Source of the DNA: a phage
Strand: one strand, 5' to 3'
NCBI GenBank assembly: GCA_012646185.1
Contig: GCA_012646185.1_4706.1
Length of the DNA stretch: 64,000 nt
Both the position numbers and the translations under genes were made by a program. Under the pieces are notes generated by a model. The model saw only the letters and a program-made list of their open reading frames with translations. It did not search any database and was not told the DNA's origin. Below, piece after piece: positions 59,251 through 64,000 of the stretch; position 1 is the first letter of the stretch; every line of letters begins with the position of its first letter.

Positions 59251-61863
59251 TTAAGCGTCCGGCGTAAAATCAAAAGGAATGTCCGTACGAATGATATCGT
59301 AACGTTTTCCGAGGAAATAAAACTCTTCGGGAACCTGGCCTGGAATGATGCTATCACCGATGAACTGCGGATACGCCCAGATGTACTGAGTGAGTCCTTC
59401 GAACATATCCAGGTTATTTGCGTGGTTACCCATGATACGTTTCCAGAGTTCGCGTTTATACGGTGTTTTAACATCGAATCCATAAAGCGGTGCAAGATCT
59501 TCACCAGGAACAAATCCCAGGTAATAATGGATCTGACTAACCGGGAAACCAAGCGTATCTCGCGGAATGGTGATCGCTTGCTCAGCCTTGGTGACATGCG
59601 TCTCAATAATCCAGTCGTAGCACTCCGAATAGAACCGATCGAATTTCTCTGGATTATACCACGCTTTGGGAAGATTGAGTTTCTCCGTGAACGCATTCGA
59701 CATGATCGTCGGTAAGAACGGAAGAATACCGGTTTTGATCTGCGTGTATTTCGATTTTACCCGGTTAACCAAATTCCAGCAACTGTATCCTAACTGTTCG
59801 TTACAAAACTCAACGTAGAGATCGTAATCACCGCCAGATAATGGGTTGTTAATATCACCGATGTCTGCGGCGTATTTGTTGGGATATCGGTTATTGAAAG
59901 CCAGTTTGGTTTGGTAATCGTAGATACACGGTTTGTTGTTCGCTGTATTGATCCACCACCAGGGTTCACCTACTTGCACACAAATGTCCTGGACATGAGG
60001 GTAGATGATATCAGCAAACGCGGTTAACACATCCCCTAACCATGCCATCGCCTGTTGGTTACATGGAGACAACAACCAAGACGGTGGCGTATATCCGGTT
60101 GCTGCGATGTTTCCTTCCCAATCCTGCTGCGCCCACTCGAACGGACATGCTGTACTCATCAATTCGTAACTTAAACTGATGGTGACAGAGAAATGGTGTT
60201 TTGCGGCGTATGCAGCGAAAGCTTCATGCCACGCGATACAGGGTGGATTTAATACATCTGTGGTGTTCACCAGTAACTTACCCGCACTTGGCGTCCAGAC
60301 AGTATCGTAGAAATGCGACATTCCAACATAATGCACTAATTCATCTTGATACCCCGCATAAACCAGGTTCTCAAATACGCGCTCCGGCGTGATGTTGTAA
60401 TGGTCATCATAAGCGGTTATCGCACGAAGTTCGTGTGGCGTACAATGATGGCGATTAACCGTCATTTCCTGATACACCCCATCGATAGGAAGAATCTCGA
60501 TGGTTAAACCGAGGTCGATCGGTGTTTCCAGATAGGTCGTTTCAGTCGCATCTTCCTTATAATGTCGAGAACTCATGCTGAACATCAACGACGTTACCGA
60601 TTCGAGTTCGATAGGCTCGTCAGCATAGAACCCCGCCATTGCGTCATTGAAATCGATCGTTACGATTGCGCTTGTACCGTCTTCAGAGACGTCGGTCGCA
60701 TATCGGGTTAATGAGATATACTGACGGCTATCGTCTTTGTGTACGATGGTTAAAACCGGCGGGTTTTCGGTATCTGCAAAGTTACGCTGATCGCCAGTAA
60801 ACGTGATCTTCGCTTTAAAGATCAAACCGAATAACGACGTCATGGGATCATACGCAATACAACCGTGATCCAGCGTATCCGTTGTCCGCCATTCTATCCC
60901 GACCAACCCGTTAGCGGTATGGCATCGCATATACGCATTAAGTACCATGTCCTCACTGACAACCGCGAAGTTCTCTGTTGACTGACCGTTGATAATCCAA
61001 TACATCGGTTGCCAGAGGTTACGCGTACCTTTTGCGTAGCGGTAGGTTGGTGCGCCTTTGGGGTTGCCATTATTAAGATGGAATACGGCAGTACCTTGAT
61101 AATGGTCGTTCGTATTAATCGGGACACTGTAAGCATCACCGAGATCCGTACGTTCCACCTTCGCGACTGTTGCGTTTTCAAATAACCCACGCAGCGCGGG
61201 TAAACCGATATCTTCAGGTGCGTTTTCTCGACGAATCGCATCCGCGATGCGGTGGGCTAAGGCGGGGTAAATGGTCTCACCCTGTTGTAGGTTTGCAATA
61301 CCTACAAAGCGATCGGGAGCGATGTCAGCAATCAATAACTCAACATCACCCTTCGTTCTATCGTCATTAAGATATTTCAGTCCGGTAAGGTCAAGATGCT
61401 GAATAAGCGACAACAGGTTGTATTTACGGTTTTCAACAGTTAGTACAAGATCGCCTGCCCAAACCAAACTTCCCTCATCCGCTGTTACTTTAACGGATTG
61501 TCGGCCTGTGGTAGACGTTGTTGTCGTTTTATTTAATTGTCCTTGTAGGAAGTCGGTTGCGAGGTCAAAGGCGATACCGTAACGGTCAGCGACCGCTTGC
61601 ACGATTTCACGTAACTGGGTATCTTCTTCAATGATAATCTTGACAGGTATTCCCAAGAACGCTTTAGCGAGGTCTCGTTTAACCAACGAGACGAATACGG
61701 ATTTGTAGTATCGACTTCCATCTTTCCCTTTAAAAAGAATGGAAGTTGTTTCGGGTGCCGATAGAACACGTGCAAATACGACATCGTCGGAAGTAAGAGA
61801 AAGTCCGTTTTTCTCGTTGACCAATCTTAGTATTTCATTTTGCGCGGTTTCATGTAACTTCAT
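59251..61863 (-). CDS. large tail-module protein (870 aa); function unknown
   Basis: Long ORF with GAGG upstream; Trp-rich C-terminal half (GEPWWWINT); a tail role is inferred only from its position upstream of the fibre/Tfa genes. Confidence 0.75.
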   Translation of the reverse strand: MKLHETAQNEILRLVNEKNGLSLTSDDVVFARVLSAPETTSILFKGKDGSRYYKSVFVSLVKRDLAKAFLGIPVKIIIEEDTQLREIVQAVADRYGIAFDLATDFLQGQLNKTTTTSTTGRQSVKVTADEGSLVWAGDLVLTVENRKYNLLSLIQHLDLTGLKYLNDDRTKGDVELLIADIAPDRFVGIANLQQGETIYPALAHRIADAIRRENAPEDIGLPALRGLFENATVAKVERTDLGDAYSVPINTNDHYQGTAVFHLNNGNPKGAPTYRYAKGTRNLWQPMYWIINGQSTENFAVVSEDMVLNAYMRCHTANGLVGIEWRTTDTLDHGCIAYDPMTSLFGLIFKAKITFTGDQRNFADTENPPVLTIVHKDDSRQYISLTRYATDVSEDGTSAIVTIDFNDAMAGFYADEPIELESVTSLMFSMSSRHYKEDATETTYLETPIDLGLTIEILPIDGVYQEMTVNRHHCTPHELRAITAYDDHYNITPERVFENLVYAGYQDELVHYVGMSHFYDTVWTPSAGKLLVNTTDVLNPPCIAWHEAFAAYAAKHHFSVTISLSYELMSTACPFEWAQQDWEGNIAATGYTPPSWLLSPCNQQAMAWLGDVLTAFADIIYPHVQDICVQVGEPWWWINTANNKPCIYDYQTKLAFNNRYPNKYAADIGDINNPLSGGDYDLYVEFCNEQLGYSCWNLVNRVKSKYTQIKTGILPFLPTIMSNAFTEKLNLPKAWYNPEKFDRFYSECYDWIIETHVTKAEQAITIPRDTLGFPVSQIHYYLGFVPGEDLAPLYGFDVKTPYKRELWKRIMGNHANNLDMFEGLTQYIWAYPQFIGDSIIPGQVPEEFYFLGKRYDIIRTDIPFDFTPDA

Positions 61864-61885
61864 TAAAAACCTCAGCCCTTTAGAA

Positions 61886-62527
61886 TTAAATGTACTGCTT
61901 ACCGCCCACGAAGGAAGTTAACCAGTTCCTGCTGACGAGTTGTGATACCCAGCCTGGAACGGCTCTACCATTCTGGCTCATGATGTTACCACACCAACCA
62001 GGGAATCCGGGACGGATGTAATAGAAAGTTAAATTGTAGAGATGACAGTTCCATACCGCAACGTTATGTTTACCAGAAACCGCTTTAAAGACAAACGCGA
62101 CAGGTAACGGAGACGATAACAATTCAGTCACAGGGACGGCTGACCAGTTCGCATTCGCGTTCCATGGCTGCCAGGTGTGACTACGCGAGTCACCGTTAAC
62201 GTTACCGTTGCTACCGCGTCCGCCCGCGTTCCACCATAGCGACGGACTCATGTTCTTAAGTGAGGTAAATTGCTGTGGTGGAATATTCGGAATGATAACA
62301 GGGTTGGTACCTTGTCCGTGTTTCTTTTCTTTTGCGTTCACATAGCCGTTTATCGATTCGAGGTATTTGGTACCAGGATAATTGTTCTGGACTCGTGTCG
62401 CAATATCACGAACGTCGAACGTCCAGCAGATCATGGTGTTGTAGTAAGCGTCGGTGTTATCATGCCATGAGTTACCATCTTGTAAACGTGCGCCGCTATT
62501 CGGTGTTTTATCTGTACTTATAGCCAT
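61886..62527 (-). CDS. hypothetical protein (213 aa)
   Basis: ORF with AGGA upstream; Asn/Gly/Trp-rich. Confidence 0.65.
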   Translation of the reverse strand: MAISTDKTPNSGARLQDGNSWHDNTDAYYNTMICWTFDVRDIATRVQNNYPGTKYLESINGYVNAKEKKHGQGTNPVIIPNIPPQQFTSLKNMSPSLWWNAGGRGSNGNVNGDSRSHTWQPWNANANWSAVPVTELLSSPLPVAFVFKAVSGKHNVAVWNCHLYNLTFYYIRPGFPGWCGNIMSQNGRAVPGWVSQLVSRNWLTSFVGGKQYI

Positions 62528-62666
62528 GGTCTTGTCCTATACGTTGGTGGTTGAGGTGGCGGATATCGGATGCGTGCTGGACGTGAACCCTATAGTTCGC
62601 GCTATCGCCATTTTCTACCTCGTTTCTATTCTCAAAAAGGAAATTTCATACGATGACGCCATAGCA

Positions 62667-62696
62667 GCTCCTCCTTCCCTGACGGGTTGGAGGAGC
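62667..62696. terminator. hairpin of the conserved family in inverted orientation
   Basis: GCTCCTCC-TT-CCC-TGAC-GGG-TT-GGAGGAGC. Confidence 0.6.
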
Positions 62697-62704
62697 ATAC
62701 TTAA

Positions 62705-63211
62705 TTACTTACTGATAACCTCAACAGAGTTGGGATCAGCGATCAATGCACGGTCGGTAGAACAATTGAAGAAGACCATCCCAACACCATCGCCGTTCGA
62801 GTTCAGGGTTGAACTTGCGTAAGACAGGGTTGGTTTATTCATGCGGTAGAAGCGTTCGCTGGTAGTGGTATTGAACCCCAGATCAACGTAGTCTTTCACC
62901 GTGGTATACAACTGGGTGGACTCGAAAACGGTTACCGGAGAGTCAACGGTAAATTGACTACCTTCGTCCACAACCAGAACTTTATCGTTCCAGATTTCAG
63001 TGGTTGAGAACTTCGGTTTCCAATGTTCGAATTCCTGGGTTGCGCCCCAGCAAGAATAAACAGCGAGATTGCTGTTCTTCTCGACTGGTTTCAAACCCAC
63101 CAGTTGCGTCAGGTCTTTATCCAGGTTCGGTAAACCTTCCAGCGTAGCACACCCACCCAGAGAAAGCACCATCAGCATACCAAGAACGATCGCGCAAAGT
63201 TTCTTTGTCAT
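62705..63211 (-). CDS. predicted lipoprotein (168 aa)
   Basis: N-terminal signal peptide with lipobox MTKKLCAIVLGMLMVLSLGGC; sits beside the tail-fibre genes. Confidence 0.7.
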   Translation of the reverse strand: MTKKLCAIVLGMLMVLSLGGCATLEGLPNLDKDLTQLVGLKPVEKNSNLAVYSCWGATQEFEHWKPKFSTTEIWNDKVLVVDEGSQFTVDSPVTVFESTQLYTTVKDYVDLGFNTTTSERFYRMNKPTLSYASSTLNSNGDGVGMVFFNCSTDRALIADPNSVEVISK

Positions 63212-63252
63212 CGGATTTCCTCATGTGTTAACGGGAGTGATTTCCATAGTAA

Positions 63253-63669
63253 TTACACAGTTGTAGGAAATTCCGGCCAATCGATATTTGGTACAGCATC
63301 GGTATCGACAGCAGTCACCGCATCAATGTAATCCAAAACAGCATTAAGTCGGGTCGTTTCTTCCGGAGTCAGTTTTCGCCCAGCCCGTAATTTTAACTGA
63401 ATAAGATCGATGGAAGCCAGCGCAGAATCAATCAAAGATTGTTTTATCTGTTCTGCCTCGGCGACGAGATCTTCGTGTTGCCGCTCGGGTTCCGGAGGTG
63501 CGGTAAACTCACCATTTGAGTATGACCAACCTATTCCAGGTGACACAGCCTCCTTATCGTCGATATGAACCAACTGCTGATTGTCGAATATATCGAGCTC
63601 TGCTTCACCGTCGTAAACAATCGTGTTTACTACCACTCCATTTTCAATAACAGCGTATAATGTACTCAT
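63253..63669 (-). CDS. tfa: tail fibre assembly protein (Tfa-type chaperone)
   Basis: C-terminal pattern AEAEQIKQSLIDSALASIDLIQLKLRAGRKLTPEETTRLNAVLDYIDAVTAVDTDAVPNIDWPEFP matches the Tfa family; start placed at ATG 63667-63669 (GAGGAG 8 nt upstream), overlapping the fibre stop as TAATG. Confidence 0.75.
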   Translation of the reverse strand: MSTLYAVIENGVVVNTIVYDGEAELDIFDNQQLVHIDDKEAVSPGIGWSYSNGEFTAPPEPERQHEDLVAEAEQIKQSLIDSALASIDLIQLKLRAGRKLTPEETTRLNAVLDYIDAVTAVDTDAVPNIDWPEFPTTV

Positions 63670-64000
63670 TACATAAACTCCTCGATGATGCAAATCCCAT
63701 TAGCACCACGCCCACCAGGCTTAGCGGTTCCTGAGTAAGAGTTATCGTAAGCACCACCACCACCCGAACCAGGCGCGAGGCCGTTATGGGCGGTGCCAAC
63801 ACCAGCGCGACCGCCACCGCCCCAATATGATGCACCCCCACATCCACCGGCGGCAAGAGTACCGGCTTGTCCATCGCTACCGTCTCCACCCGGAATGCGT
63901 ATATCCCCGGTAGTAGGTGCGCCCCCATAGCCACCGCCAGTGTTTGTGACAGTTGTTTTTCCTGCGCCTTGCCCGCCGGGAGCAGTTAGCAGGGATGCAA
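63669..64000 (-). CDS. tail fibre protein, 3' end only (5' end beyond window)
   Basis: Frame not in the ORF track; translates to Gly-rich ...GGGYGGAPTTGDIRIPGGDGSDGQAGTLAAGGCGGASYWGGGGRAGVG...GICIIEEFM; stop at 63669..63671. Confidence 0.65.
   Translation of the reverse strand, partial: ASLLTAPGGQGAGKTTVTNTGGGYGGAPTTGDIRIPGGDGSDGQAGTLAAGGCGGASYWGGGGRAGVGTAHNGLAPGSGGGGAYDNSYSGTAKPGGRGANGICIIEEFM

Noticed and set aside
63644-63934. ORF-track 96-aa minus-strand ORF at the window end
   Set aside because: Wrong frame; the adjacent frame encodes a Gly-rich tail-fibre C-terminus ending in a TAATG overlap with the Tfa gene
1-64000. CRISPR arrays, rRNA genes, integrase or transposase genes
   Set aside because: No regularly spaced direct repeats, no rRNA-like stretches, and no recombinase motifs were seen; the only mobile-element signal is the HNH cassette

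Overview
Read by eye (no tools, no database searches), this 64 kb window looks like part of a large virulent tailed phage genome, possibly a jumbo myophage with enterobacterial-type codon usage. It is densely coding and mostly minus-strand, with translationally coupled operons separated by a recurring family of GC-rich palindromic hairpins. Functions I can support from sequence motifs are: a family-B-type 3'-5' exonuclease domain protein, an AT-rich HNH homing endonuclease followed by about 0.5 kb of ORF-free structured sequence with group I intron-like P7 elements, a macrodomain protein, a membrane-anchored HExxH metallopeptidase, and a tail-fibre module (Gly-rich fibre 3' end, Tfa chaperone, lipoprotein). 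A 740-aa, extremely codon-optimised ORF is tentatively the major capsid protein (tail sheath not excluded). The most unusual signals are the intron-like insertion beside the replication gene, a paralogous family of putative internal virion proteins sharing an N-terminal module, a conserved 60-nt intergenic element in three copies, a possible -1 frameshift site on a T8 run, and an island of small paralogous genes. Most products remain hypothetical; the phage family assignment is inference.
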